Of a DNA stretch of 64,000 nucleotides, positions 30,393-40,456 are shown piece by piece. The translations under genes were made by a program, and so were the position numbers. Within the stretch, counting starts at the first letter, position 1; each line of letters begins with the position of its first letter. Below the pieces are notes generated by a model. It searched no databases and had not been told where the DNA came from. It saw nothing but the letters and a program-made list of their open reading frames with translations. The DNA comes from Candidatus Acidiferrales bacterium (GTDB taxonomy: Bacteria; Acidobacteriota; Terriglobia; Acidiferrales; UBA7541): assembly GCA_035545075.1 (NCBI GenBank), contig DASZZJ010000099.1, positions 3,881 through 67,880 of the forward strand, written 5' to 3'.

Positions 30393-31277
30393 CTATCGTT
30401 TCCAGAATTGCATGACGGCGGAGTAGTCGAGGTCTTCCTTCGCCGCGCCCTTGACGGAGCTATAGATCTCGCGGGCGGCGGCCGTGGCGGGCAGGGCGAC
30501 CCCGATCTGATTCGCCAGGTCGAGCGCCAAGCCCAGGTCTTTGTGCATCAGCCGCAGCGGGAAGCTCGGCGGATATTCGCCTTTGAGGAGAAGCGGCGCT
30601 TTCATGTCCATCACGGTGGAGCGCGCCATGCTCGACTGCAGGACCTCGACGAGCTTCTCACCGGGGATGCCGGCGCCCGTGACCAGAGCCAGGGCTTCCG
30701 CGAGCGCGCCCACCTCCAGGGCGAGGATCATGTTCATGGCCAGCTTGATGGTTTGCCCGGCGCCGTTCGGCCCGAGATGAAACCACCGCTTGCCCAGGGC
30801 GCCTAGAACAGGCTCACACTCCTTCAGGGTTTCCGCCTGGCCGCCAACCATGAACACCAACTCGCCTTTTTCAGCGCCCCAGGTGCCGCCGGTGACCGGC
30901 GCATCCAGAAAGCGCACGCCATGCTCGGCGCAGGCCGCGGAGACTTTTCGAGCGAGGGCGGGAGAAATGGTGCTCGAATCGACGTACACGCTGCCGCGGC
31001 GGAGACCGCCGAGGGCGCCGTGCTGGCCCCAAAGAACCGATTCGAGGGCGGGCGGGTCGCTGACGATGGTGAAAAGGACATCGGCCGCTTCCGCCGCCGC
31101 GCGAGGAGACGATGCAAGCCGCGCACCCGCGGCAACCAGCGATTCCGCGCGCGAAGGCGTGCGGTTCCAGACCGTGAGCGGATATCCGGCCTTCAAGAGG
31201 TTCAATCCCATGGGCCGGCCCATGAGGCCCAGGCCGATCCATCCGATGCTGGGCTTTGAGCCCGAGGCGGGTATCAC
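30393..31277 (-). CDS. 3-hydroxyisobutyrate dehydrogenase / tartronate-semialdehyde reductase family oxidoreductase
   Basis: AAGGAGG RBS + GTG; IGLGLMGRPM, FLDAPVTGG, GAGQTIKLAMN, HKDLGLA. Confidence 0.92.
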   Translation of the reverse strand: MIPASGSKPSIGWIGLGLMGRPMGLNLLKAGYPLTVWNRTPSRAESLVAAGARLASSPRAAAEAADVLFTIVSDPPALESVLWGQHGALGGLRRGSVYVDSSTISPALARKVSAACAEHGVRFLDAPVTGGTWGAEKGELVFMVGGQAETLKECEPVLGALGKRWFHLGPNGAGQTIKLAMNMILALEVGALAEALALVTGAGIPGEKLVEVLQSSMARSTVMDMKAPLLLKGEYPPSFPLRLMHKDLGLALDLANQIGVALPATAAAREIYSSVKGAAKEDLDYSAVMQFWKR

Positions 31278-31491
31278 GAGGATCCTCCTTGTGCGCGCTC
31301 GAAAATAAGCGGCGGCCCGCCTGCGACGGGCAGGCTTGGCGGAAAGCTCTGATTGTAGCGGAAACTCGGCGCGCACCGCGCCCCGAATTATGCGCCGGGA
31401 AGGCAAGGCGAAGGGCGGTTCAGGTATTCCTGGGACGGCTCTGCAGAGGAATCTAGGGAGAGGTCATACGGGACGCCATCGCTGAGAGCAC

Positions 31492-31746
31492 CTAGGGAGA
31501 AGTCCGCGGCTGCGGCCCAGCCGGAATTGCCGGTCCATCGGGCTGTTTCTCCGCGATGCGAATGATGCAGTGGTAGGGAATCTCCCAGCGGAAATGTTTC
31601 CGGTGCCCGCGCTCTTCGAAATGCTCTTCGAGAAAGATCGAGCGGCCAGAATCCGCGGCTAGCACTCCGGAAGCAGGCAGGATGATATCGCCGGCGCGAT
31701 ATTGCACCTCTACCCTGCGGCCCAAAAAGGAGGAGTAACGGGCCAT
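31492..31746 (-). CDS. Small hypothetical protein, possible Sm/LSm-like fold
   Basis: LGRRVEVQY..SGVLAAD..IFLEE..EIPYHCIIRI beta pattern. Confidence 0.6.
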   Translation of the reverse strand: MARYSSFLGRRVEVQYRAGDIILPASGVLAADSGRSIFLEEHFEERGHRKHFRWEIPYHCIIRIAEKQPDGPAIPAGPQPRTSP

Positions 31747-31825
31747 AATGAAGTCAGCGTGGAATCCGTTGTAGGACCTGTCAATAGTACGAAAGAGTTT
31801 TTGCCCGCCACTGTGGAAAAAAGTT

Positions 31826-32191
31826 TCAGGGATGACCGCCGGAGGCGCGCTCCGGGACAGGCGCGACAAGAGGTTCCCCGGCCGCGTCCGGCTTCACGAC
31901 CAGGTCCGCGTTGAGCATCAGGAAAAGAGGCGTGACGATCCCGAAGGTGAGGATGGAGGCGACGACGGGCAGCAGCCATTCGCGCAAGTCCTGCGTTCCC
32001 GCCATGGCGCGGGCTGTCCACGAAAACACCAGCCACGCCCCCACGAACCCGATCAGGCTTGCAAGCAGGCGGCTGGGGCGCGAAAGCTCGAGCGCGCGGC
32101 CGCAATGGGGGCAGTCGAGACCGTGGGAGTGAGCAACCACCGGGGAACGGGACACCTTGCCGAAACAGATTGGACAGATGCGATTGGCCAT
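31826..32191 (-). CDS. Zinc-ribbon (CxxC..CxxC) two-TM membrane protein
   Basis: CPIC and CPHC followed by two hydrophobic helices; GAGG RBS. Confidence 0.7.
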   Translation of the reverse strand: MANRICPICFGKVSRSPVVAHSHGLDCPHCGRALELSRPSRLLASLIGFVGAWLVFSWTARAMAGTQDLREWLLPVVASILTFGIVTPLFLMLNADLVVKPDAAGEPLVAPVPERASGGHP

Positions 32192-32469
32192 GGCGTCACC
32201 TCGCAGGCAAGCCGAGGATAGCGCAGAGATGGAAGGAAGGCCAAGCGGCCCTCACGAAAAAGAGGGACCCCCGCGGGGCGAAAGCACTAGAATACGCGAT
32301 CTGATCCGTGGGAGTGACGGCGATGCGGCGGTCTCCGCTGGTTTCGGCGAATACGAGGGCGGGAATTCTCTGCTCCGTTGAGAGGGCGCCTGCGGCCAAC
32401 GCTTGACTTTCCTGCGAGGCGGGCTATCGTCTTCATCCCGGCTTGTGCTTCCCTATGAAGGAGAATTCC

Positions 32470-33807
32470 ATGCTGCGAAAAGTGGGCGGGCTCATCCTTT
32501 CCGGTTGTCTCATGGCCGTCTCGGCGTCCGGGCAGACGCAAAAGCCCGCCACGAAAACTGTCGTTCTCAAAGCGGCGCGTATGTTTGACGGAAAGAGCGA
32601 CGAGCTGGTGAAGCCGGGCATTGTTGTCGTGACGGACGGCAGAATCGTGGCCGCTGGTCCCAACGCCACGGTGCCCGCCGAGGCGGAGGTCATTGACCTG
32701 GGCGACGCCACGCTCCTCCCGGGATTCATCGACGCGCACACGCATTTGACGTTCGCCTACAGCGACGACTGGAATCAAAATGAGCTGGACCGATTGAAAA
32801 AACCGATCGCGGAGCTTGCGCTGGACGCCAGCGTGAACGCGCGGAAAACGCTGATGGCGGGGTTCACGACAGTGCGGGACGTCGGCTCGATGGAGCAGCT
32901 CGATGTGGGCCTGCGCAACGCCATTCGCAGCGGGAAAGTGCCGGGGCCGCGGATGCTTGTGACGGTCCACTCGCTGGGTTCAACCGGCGGACACTGCGAC
33001 GGCATGGCCGGTTTTCGGCCCGGGCTTTTCGGGCGGGAGAGCGGCCCCCTCGACGGGGTCATCAACGGAGCGGAGCAGGCGCGCTACGCAGTCCGGCTGG
33101 ACCATAAATACGGCGCGGACATGATCAAGGTGTGCGCGACGGGAGGCGTCCTTTCGTCGACGGACGACGTGGATACGCCGCAACTCACCCAGGAAGAGCT
33201 GAACGCCATTGTGGATGAGGCGCACGCCCTTCGCTTGAAGACAGCCGCGCACGCACACGGCGCCGAAGGAGCCAAACGCGCCATCCGCGCCGGGATCGAC
33301 TCGATTGAGCACGGCTCCTTCCTGGACGACGAGGCGCTGCGCATGATGAAACAGCGCGGCACCTATCTGGTCCCGACGCTGCTGGCGCCGCAGGGTCTGC
33401 AAGAAAAACTCGACAGGGGCATTTACATGCCGCCGGCGATTGCGGTGAAGGCCCGCAAGGCCATCGCAGCGATTCGCTTGACATTTCAACGGGCCCTGGC
33501 GAACGGCGTGAAGATCGGCCTCGGAACGGACGCGGCCGTCTATCCGCACGGGCGCAACGCAGAAGAATTTCACTTGATGACGGACCTCGGCATGAAGCCG
33601 GCGGAGGCGCTGAAAGCAGGCACTTCGCGCGATGCCGAGCTTCTCGGCTTGGCGGACAAGATCGGGACGCTCGAAGCCGGAAAGCTTGCCGACATCGTCG
33701 CCGTGCCCGGCGACCCGATCGAGAATATTCGCCAGACCGAGCACGTCTTCTTCGTCATGAAGGAAGGCGTGATTTACAAGAACGACCGCGCGGGCGCGTC
33801 ACACTGA
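32470..33807 (+). CDS. Secreted amidohydrolase (Xaa-Pro dipeptidase/prolidase-like)
   Basis: PGFIDAHTH, GFTTVRDVG, IKVCATGGV, AAHAHG, SIEHG, GTDA, GKLADIV. Confidence 0.92.
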   Translation: MLRKVGGLILSGCLMAVSASGQTQKPATKTVVLKAARMFDGKSDELVKPGIVVVTDGRIVAAGPNATVPAEAEVIDLGDATLLPGFIDAHTHLTFAYSDDWNQNELDRLKKPIAELALDASVNARKTLMAGFTTVRDVGSMEQLDVGLRNAIRSGKVPGPRMLVTVHSLGSTGGHCDGMAGFRPGLFGRESGPLDGVINGAEQARYAVRLDHKYGADMIKVCATGGVLSSTDDVDTPQLTQEELNAIVDEAHALRLKTAAHAHGAEGAKRAIRAGIDSIEHGSFLDDEALRMMKQRGTYLVPTLLAPQGLQEKLDRGIYMPPAIAVKARKAIAAIRLTFQRALANGVKIGLGTDAAVYPHGRNAEEFHLMTDLGMKPAEALKAGTSRDAELLGLADKIGTLEAGKLADIVAVPGDPIENIRQTEHVFFVMKEGVIYKNDRAGASH

Positions 33808-33852
33808 AAAACAGCAGAGGCTGGACAAGCGATCTTGGAAGGAGAACAGCAC

Positions 33853-34344
33853 ATGCCGGAGCTTGCCGTTGGAATCGGCTCGGAGCTGGCGGCGTATTAC
33901 GAGAAGACTGCCGCCGAGCTGCATAAGTGGGTGGACCCTCCTTCGACCGAGCAGTTCTGGCGCAATCCCTACGGCTACGGAAACAGCGCAGGCCACCTGG
34001 TTCTGCATTTGACGGGCAACCTGAATTACTACATCGGGGCGCGCATCGCCGGGACGGGCTACGTGCGAAACCGGGACCGCGAGTTCGCGGAAACGCAGCG
34101 GCCACGAAAGGATCAGGTCCTTGAAGGGTTTGACCGCGCAATCTCCATGGTAGTGGCGACGATCCACAATCAATCGGCGGGAGACTGGATGGCCGACTAT
34201 TCGGCCGAGCGCGAGCCCCATACGAAAAACCGCTTCGGTATTTTTCTGCGCTGCGCCGGGCACGCCTACCACCACGTCGGCCAAATCATTTTTCTCTCGA
34301 AAGAGCTAGCGCGGGAAGCCGGGCCGCGCAGCGTTCCGGCCTGA
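33853..34344 (+). CDS. DinB/DUF1572-like protein
   Basis: NSAGHLVLHLTGN, RNRDREF, HAYHHVGQI. Confidence 0.85.
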   Translation: MPELAVGIGSELAAYYEKTAAELHKWVDPPSTEQFWRNPYGYGNSAGHLVLHLTGNLNYYIGARIAGTGYVRNRDREFAETQRPRKDQVLEGFDRAISMVVATIHNQSAGDWMADYSAEREPHTKNRFGIFLRCAGHAYHHVGQIIFLSKELAREAGPRSVPA

Positions 34345-34428
34345 CTCGCGGCGGTTGCGCCCCCACAGAAAGCCCACGGGCAGAATGACCGTGATTTGCT
34401 CCGTCGTTTTCCAGAGCGAAGCAAGGAG

Positions 34429-36207
34429 TCAGGTTTCGAGCTTGAAGCGGGTGGATGCCAGGCGGTAGAGCCGCCGCCAGACCAAGCGATTGATCAGCAC
34501 GACGATCGTGGCCATGATGATCGTGGCCGCGAGCAGGAGCTCGATGCGACCGGAATCGCTCGCGCCGCTGATCGTGCTTCCCAGCCCGGGGGTCGAAAGA
34601 ATCCTGCCCTGAAAATGGAAGTACTCCGCGACGATGCTCGCGTTCCACGCACCGCCGGATGCCGTCACCAGCCCCGTGACGAGATATGGAAAGATCGCCG
34701 GCAGAATCAGGCGTCTCCAACGGTTCCACGCGCTGAAGCGGAAAATGCCGGCTGCTTCCTTCAAATCGGTCGGGATGGCCATCGCTCCGGCGATGACGTT
34801 GAACAAGATGTACCACTGCGTGCCGAGCAGCATGAGCAGGATCGCGGCCCATTCCAATCCTCCGCGATGCTGCACAAAAAAAAGCAGAATCACGGGAAAT
34901 AGCGCCGTCGCCGGAATCGAAGCGGCCATCTGCGCCAACGGCTGCGCGATTCGCGCCAGGCGCGGGCTCGAGCCGATCGCTACGCCGGCGGGGATCGTCC
35001 AGAGCGCGCCGAAAAACAAGGCGAGGTTGACGCGAAGGAAAGTGCGTCCGGCGCTTCGAAGCAGGTCAAAGTAATCTCCGCGGCGCAGATCGGAGAGTTC
35101 ACGGCCGGCGTGATAGATCGCCAGGCAGAGCCCCGCGAGGACGGCAGCCGCGAAGAGATAGCCGAGCCAGCGCCGGCGCCGTTCCTGGCCGGGCGAAGCC
35201 AGCTTGGTTGCAGCGCGGCGCGCACCGCTCGCGAACGCCTGCGTGAGCCCATTCAGGACCGGACGGACGAACTGCCGGTAAACTCGGATCACAAGAGATT
35301 CGCGGCCCAGCAGACGCAGGAGAGTCGGCTGCGCACCTTTCGCGCTCTCGACCTGTTCGAATTTGAATTTATCCGCCCAGGCGATCACCGGCCGCCACAC
35401 CACTTGATCGAGCACGACGATGACGCCGATCATCGCCGCCACGCCCCACAGAATCGCCCGCGTGTTCCCCGCACTTGCCGCGCTCTGCAGGTACGACCCG
35501 AGACCCGGCAGGCGAAAATCACGTTTGCCGAGAACGAACATTTCGCACGCCATGAGGAAGAACCAGCCGCCCGCGACCGACATCATCGAATTCCAGACCA
35601 AGCCGATGGTTGAAAACGGGAGGTCCAGCTCCACGAAGCGCTGCCACCGTGAGAAACGGTAGATGCGCGCCACTTCGTCCAGCTCGCGGGGGATCGTCTT
35701 CAGAGAGGAATAGAAGCTGAAGGCGATGTTCCACACCTGGCCGGTGAAAATCAGCAGGATCGAGCCGAGCTCGATGCCCAGCGCACGGCTCGGAAAAAGC
35801 GCCACCATGGCGAGCATCACGCCGGGGAGAAAGCTCAGCACGGGAATGGATTGAAGAATGTCCAGCAGCGGCACCAGAATCATTTCCGCGCGGGGCGAGC
35901 GCGCCGCGGCGTATCCATAGCCGAGCGCGAAGAGAAGGCTCAGCGCATAGGCCGCGGCGATGCGAACCAGGGAATAGAACGCGTACAGCGGCAGCGCGCG
36001 CGGGCTCAGCGAGATCCGTGCCGCCGGAGCGATCGGCCCCAGCCACGCCCGGCCGATCGCATAAATCCCGTAGACGGCTGCAAACACGGCGAGGAAGACC
36101 GCGACGTCAATCAGGAGATGCCAGGCCCGGAACCGCACAACAGGGCTTGCCGGTGTAGGAGGGAGAACCGGCGCGGATTTTTCGGCTGGGGCGGCGGGAG
36201 GAGGCAC
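34429..36207 (-). CDS. NitT/TauT-family ABC transporter permease (duplicated TM domains)
   Basis: LLDILQSIPVLSFLP, WNSMMSVAGGWFFL, GTQWYILFNVIAG, GGAWNASIVAE; start approximate. Confidence 0.9.
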   Translation of the reverse strand: MPPPAAPAEKSAPVLPPTPASPVVRFRAWHLLIDVAVFLAVFAAVYGIYAIGRAWLGPIAPAARISLSPRALPLYAFYSLVRIAAAYALSLLFALGYGYAAARSPRAEMILVPLLDILQSIPVLSFLPGVMLAMVALFPSRALGIELGSILLIFTGQVWNIAFSFYSSLKTIPRELDEVARIYRFSRWQRFVELDLPFSTIGLVWNSMMSVAGGWFFLMACEMFVLGKRDFRLPGLGSYLQSAASAGNTRAILWGVAAMIGVIVVLDQVVWRPVIAWADKFKFEQVESAKGAQPTLLRLLGRESLVIRVYRQFVRPVLNGLTQAFASGARRAATKLASPGQERRRRWLGYLFAAAVLAGLCLAIYHAGRELSDLRRGDYFDLLRSAGRTFLRVNLALFFGALWTIPAGVAIGSSPRLARIAQPLAQMAASIPATALFPVILLFFVQHRGGLEWAAILLMLLGTQWYILFNVIAGAMAIPTDLKEAAGIFRFSAWNRWRRLILPAIFPYLVTGLVTASGGAWNASIVAEYFHFQGRILSTPGLGSTISGASDSGRIELLLAATIIMATIVVLINRLVWRRLYRLASTRFKLET

Positions 36208-36214
36208 GGCGCGC

Positions 36215-37531
36215 TCAGGCCTCGGTGAGAGTGAGACGGCCGGTGGCCGCATCGTAGTCGAAAATTTCAGCGTAGCGGCCCCACTGGATGGCCGTCTCGA
36301 GTTGGCGTCGCGACTCATCTTCGCTGAAATGTTCGTCGAGTAGGTCGCGGAAGAACTCATCCTGCAGCGTCCGGTTGGACTTGGCGCGGAGAGCCTGTTC
36401 CATTTGGCGGAGAATAGGGACGTTGGCAAGCGCGCCCTTGCGGAAAAGCGCCTTGCGCTGCTGGATGTCCGCTTGGGCGAAGGTGCGCCCGTCGTCGGTG
36501 ATGATGGCGTCACCCTCTTCGACCTTCAGCATGCCAAGCAGAGCGGCGGTCTCCACCGCCGGGAGCAGGTCGTCCAACGCCAGGCTGAGCTCGTCTGCCA
36601 GGCGGTGCAGGTCCGCACGTCCATCATGGTCCGCAAGGATTTCAAGCAGACCCGCCATTCCACCGGGCCGCGTGTGCGGCAGGCGGATCGCGCGGGGTGG
36701 CTGCAGCCCCGCCCCGCCCGAGGCAGGACGGAGCGCTTTGTCCTCCAACTCCGGCCGCGTGAGCACGCGATAGATAAAATCCACGAGCTCGACAAACCGC
36801 GGCGATTGGCGGTCGCGCGGGTGGGGAATTTCCACTTTGAAATCGGCGCGGATGCGGGCGGGATTCGCGGCGAGCACGATGGCCCGGTCCGCGAGAACAA
36901 CCGCCTCCTCGATGTTGTGCGTGACGATGAAGATCGCCTGCGTCGGGATCTTCCGTCCGAGCCACAGCTCGAGCAGTTCGCCGCGCAGCGTCTCCGCCGT
37001 AAGCACATCCAGCGCGGAAAACGGCTCATCCATGAAGAGCACTTCGGGCTCGACCACCAGCGCGCGCGCCACACCGACGCGCTGCTTCATGCCGCCGGAG
37101 AGTTCTTTCGGATAGGCGGACTCGAAGCCATCCAGGCCGACCGCGTCGATGATGCGCAGCGCCCGCTTGTGCCGCTCGTCGGGGGGAATGCCGCGCGCCT
37201 CGAGCGGCGCTTCCACGTTTTCAAGCACCGTCAGCCAGGGAAAGAGGGCAAAGCTCTGAAAGACGATGGAGACGTTTGGATTCTCGCCGTGCGCCGGCTG
37301 GCCGTGCCACAAGACGCTCCCCGCGGAAGGGCTCGCGAGGCCCGTCAGCATGCGCAGCAGCGTGGACTTGCCGCAGCCGGACGGGCCGAGAAGCGCGATG
37401 ATCTGGCCGGGATAAATAGCGAGATCGGTCGGCGTGATGACCTCGATACGGCTCCCGTCCGCCTGCAAGTAGAATTTTTCAAGTGCGCGCGCTTCGATCA
37501 ACGGCGCTGAGGTTGTGACTGTGGCGCTCAT
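36215..37531 (-). CDS. NitT/TauT-family ABC ATPase with C-terminal AAA-associated domain
   Basis: GPSGCGKST, LSGGMKQR, DEPFSALD, C-terminal WGRYAEIFDY. Confidence 0.93.
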   Translation of the reverse strand: MSATVTTSAPLIEARALEKFYLQADGSRIEVITPTDLAIYPGQIIALLGPSGCGKSTLLRMLTGLASPSAGSVLWHGQPAHGENPNVSIVFQSFALFPWLTVLENVEAPLEARGIPPDERHKRALRIIDAVGLDGFESAYPKELSGGMKQRVGVARALVVEPEVLFMDEPFSALDVLTAETLRGELLELWLGRKIPTQAIFIVTHNIEEAVVLADRAIVLAANPARIRADFKVEIPHPRDRQSPRFVELVDFIYRVLTRPELEDKALRPASGGAGLQPPRAIRLPHTRPGGMAGLLEILADHDGRADLHRLADELSLALDDLLPAVETAALLGMLKVEEGDAIITDDGRTFAQADIQQRKALFRKGALANVPILRQMEQALRAKSNRTLQDEFFRDLLDEHFSEDESRRQLETAIQWGRYAEIFDYDAATGRLTLTEA

Positions 37532-37724
37532 GAGCCGGGGTATTATCGCTCAAGCTGCGAGCTGGCGCACGCCTCCCGGGAAGGATCGTGATTCGAGCGC
37601 GGTTGAAGCGGCCGTGTTGCAAGGTTTGGTGAAATCAAGCCACGCGGGCAGCACTCGCCGGCCAGGATGATTGACAGTAAAGAGCCCGCAGAGTAGCCTT
37701 CGTTCCATCTCGCGGAAGCTGCGT

Positions 37725-38417
37725 ATGCATCGAAAAACTTCACTTCTCTGCTGCTCGTGCCTCGTAGCCGTGTTTTTCCTGTGGTGCACGCGGGCGGGCG
37801 CCCATGATCCGAAGCCCACGCCGGAGAACACGATCCAAATCCATCTCGCGGAGCCGGTGAAACCCCAGCCGTTTCCGCGCCCTGTGAAATTTTTCATCGG
37901 CAACGTCATAGACCGTTCAGGAAACCCGCAACCCTTGCTGGTCCTCAAGGACCGGGGCGGCGTGTTCCTCGACCGCCAGCCGACGGAGATTGCCCGGGAG
38001 GCTTTGATGGTGTCGCTGCACAGCGCGGACGCGCTCGCAACGGACCAAGATTCCGCGGACCTCGTCGTGAATATTTATCTTTTCAAATTCGGTTTGGCAG
38101 CCGGCTCAGGAATAGACTTTTTCGGCAAAGTGGAGTTCACGGCCGTGATAAAGAATCCGAAAACCGGCGAATCTAAGGAAGTGAAGGCTACGGGAACTTC
38201 CATCGCCGGCAGGGCCGTATTCAAGAAAAACATTCAGAAAAACGTGCAGGAGGATATCGGAGCCGCGCTTTCCGATGCGCTGCGAAATTTCCTGCGGGGA
38301 ACCGCCCTGCGGGATGCTGTCGCCGCACTGACTCTGCCGGCGGCTCCATCGGCCGCGGCGGCAAGCCAGCCGCCCCCCGGTTTTTCGCCGGGCCTGATGC
38401 GGCCACGATTCAGATGA
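37725..38417 (+). CDS. Exported hypothetical protein
   Basis: Signal-peptide-like N-terminus; alpha/beta pattern; adjacent to and co-oriented with the next gene. Confidence 0.6.
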   Translation: MHRKTSLLCCSCLVAVFFLWCTRAGAHDPKPTPENTIQIHLAEPVKPQPFPRPVKFFIGNVIDRSGNPQPLLVLKDRGGVFLDRQPTEIAREALMVSLHSADALATDQDSADLVVNIYLFKFGLAAGSGIDFFGKVEFTAVIKNPKTGESKEVKATGTSIAGRAVFKKNIQKNVQEDIGAALSDALRNFLRGTALRDAVAALTLPAAPSAAAASQPPPGFSPGLMRPRFR

Positions 38418-38458
38418 TCCGTTCCGATGGGGCTGGATTTTTTAGAGGAGGCATTGTC

Positions 38459-38971
38459 ATGCGAAGGATTTTCGGCCTGTTCCTGGTTGCAGCCCTGGCG
38501 CTTTCCGCCCCGGCCCTTGCAAAGGACCCGGAAAAGAAGTTCAAGACCGCGGAGGCGAAACACTTTGCGCGCGCGGAAGGAGTGGAACTATCGCCGGAGT
38601 TTTCCGATTATCTTTACGCCGAGCTGCGAAACGAGTTGGGCAAGACCAAGCTCTTTGCTCTGGTCATTGGAGAAGGAGAGGTCGTGGAGGACGCCGACGC
38701 ACCAGCCTCCATCGTCATCGAGGGGACGATCACCGAATACAAGAAGGGCAGCGTTGTCAAAGACGTGCTAATCGGCTTTTCCGCCGGCTGGCGCAGCCTG
38801 CGCGTCGAGACCAAGATCACGCGCCGCAGCGACCATGCCACTCTGCAAACTCTGCAGAGCCATGTGCGCACCTCGCCTCGCTGGAACGAAAAAGTGATGG
38901 CACGGACAGTAGCCAAACAGATCGCCAAGGAAATCAAGAAGTCTTTGACGCAATCGCCGAACGGCTCCTAG
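38459..38971 (+). CDS. Exported protein, DUF4410-like
   Basis: GGAGG RBS, signal peptide, IEGTITEYKKGS..IGFSAG. Confidence 0.65.
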   Translation: MRRIFGLFLVAALALSAPALAKDPEKKFKTAEAKHFARAEGVELSPEFSDYLYAELRNELGKTKLFALVIGEGEVVEDADAPASIVIEGTITEYKKGSVVKDVLIGFSAGWRSLRVETKITRRSDHATLQTLQSHVRTSPRWNEKVMARTVAKQIAKEIKKSLTQSPNGS

Positions 38972-38979
38972 CCGGGAGA

Positions 38980-40443
38980 ATGACACCGCACCAACGGGAA
39001 ACCCAGATGTTCGAGACCCTCTTTCGATTGCGACGCCGGCTGCGTTTCATCCTTCCCGTTGTGCCGATTCTATTGATCGTCCTCTTCGTGGGCGCACGAG
39101 TCAGGGGCGGGCCCTCACCCGTGAAGATGAAGGTTCGCGGCTACATCACGGCACGCCCCGACGAACACACCGCGGCGATTCTCGACGACCAGATCCATTT
39201 TTCCGCCGCCACTCGCTTGTCTCAGCACACCCTGGGCGGTGAAACGACCGCGAGCGCCGGCGCGTTGGGGGTTGGATCGCTCATCGAAGCCGAAGGCACG
39301 TGGGTCGGCAAGCACCAGTTTTCCGCGGAGCGTATCACCATCGAGGTGGATGAAATCCAGAAGCAGATTCACAACACCGCCTACCTGCAGGAAGAGCCCT
39401 CCGACACGACAAGGATTGCCGGCGGAGAACCGGCGGTGTTGAAGGCCGATGGGGAACGCCTCGTGCTGCGCGAGGAAACCAAGCGCGAGTGGAATCGTGA
39501 AAAAGCGGCCGCGCTGGTTCCGGTTTCCGGAGACAGCGGCAGCTCCCCATTTGCGGGGAGTTCATCCCTTGCGGGCTTCCAGGTGCGTTATTCCGGAAAT
39601 CGCGGCCAGGACGGGCTGATCGCAGCGGAGAAGGTCGAATTGGGCCCGCCGGCCCCCCGGGATGCCTACAAGATGCCGCACGGTCTGGAGGTCGTGCGCG
39701 CGAAAGATCCGCAGACGGGAATCGACATCCTCGAGTTTCGCCGGGGCAAGAAAGTGGACGGGAGGCTGAAGCTCTTCCCCGTACGCGAAGTACAAGAATA
39801 CGTCACTCAACTTGGAGTCTCGCTGCTCCCTCAGGGAAGCCAGGGCACGACGAAATCGCTCGATTTCCGGTTTTTTGTCATCGAAGATCCCAGCATCAAC
39901 GCCCTAGCGCTTCCCGACGGGACTGTGTTCCTCAATACGGGGTTGCTCGGCGCGGTGGATAATGAGGCGGAGCTTGCCTTCGTCCTGAGCCACGAAATCG
40001 CGCACGTCCTTCAGGTGCATTCCTGGAGGGAGGTCCACGAAACGCGCCCGGCACGAATTGGATTGCTGGTTGCCGGGATCGCTGCGGGCGCGTTTATCGG
40101 GGACGTGGGACTTTTCCTTGCCGAGGTGGGCATGATCTCCGTCGTGAACGGCCATCAGCGCGCATTAGAGAACCAGGCGGACCGGCTCGGGCTGCAGAAC
40201 GTGATCGAGCACGGCTACGATGCGCGGCAGGCGCCCAACTTCATGCGCATTATCGTGGAGCGTTATGCGAACCGCTCCACGAGCAAGATCTGGTCGAACC
40301 ACGATTCCAGTCTCCTGCGCGGCAGTTTTCTTACCGTACAGTTGCTGCGCGAATATCCGCAGGCCCAGTTTGCGGGAAAAACGGTGGACACCAAGGCGTT
40401 TCGCGAAATGCGCGAGGCCATGGGCCCCGTCAAGATCGAATAG
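38980..40443 (+). CDS. M48-family metalloprotease with N-terminal OB-like (DUF5666-like) repeats
   Basis: INALALPDG, EAELAFVLSHEIAH (HExxH), ENQADRLG, GYD. Confidence 0.85.
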   Translation: MTPHQRETQMFETLFRLRRRLRFILPVVPILLIVLFVGARVRGGPSPVKMKVRGYITARPDEHTAAILDDQIHFSAATRLSQHTLGGETTASAGALGVGSLIEAEGTWVGKHQFSAERITIEVDEIQKQIHNTAYLQEEPSDTTRIAGGEPAVLKADGERLVLREETKREWNREKAAALVPVSGDSGSSPFAGSSSLAGFQVRYSGNRGQDGLIAAEKVELGPPAPRDAYKMPHGLEVVRAKDPQTGIDILEFRRGKKVDGRLKLFPVREVQEYVTQLGVSLLPQGSQGTTKSLDFRFFVIEDPSINALALPDGTVFLNTGLLGAVDNEAELAFVLSHEIAHVLQVHSWREVHETRPARIGLLVAGIAAGAFIGDVGLFLAEVGMISVVNGHQRALENQADRLGLQNVIEHGYDARQAPNFMRIIVERYANRSTSKIWSNHDSSLLRGSFLTVQLLREYPQAQFAGKTVDTKAFREMREAMGPVKIE

Positions 40444-40456
40444 GATTTAGCGGCGG

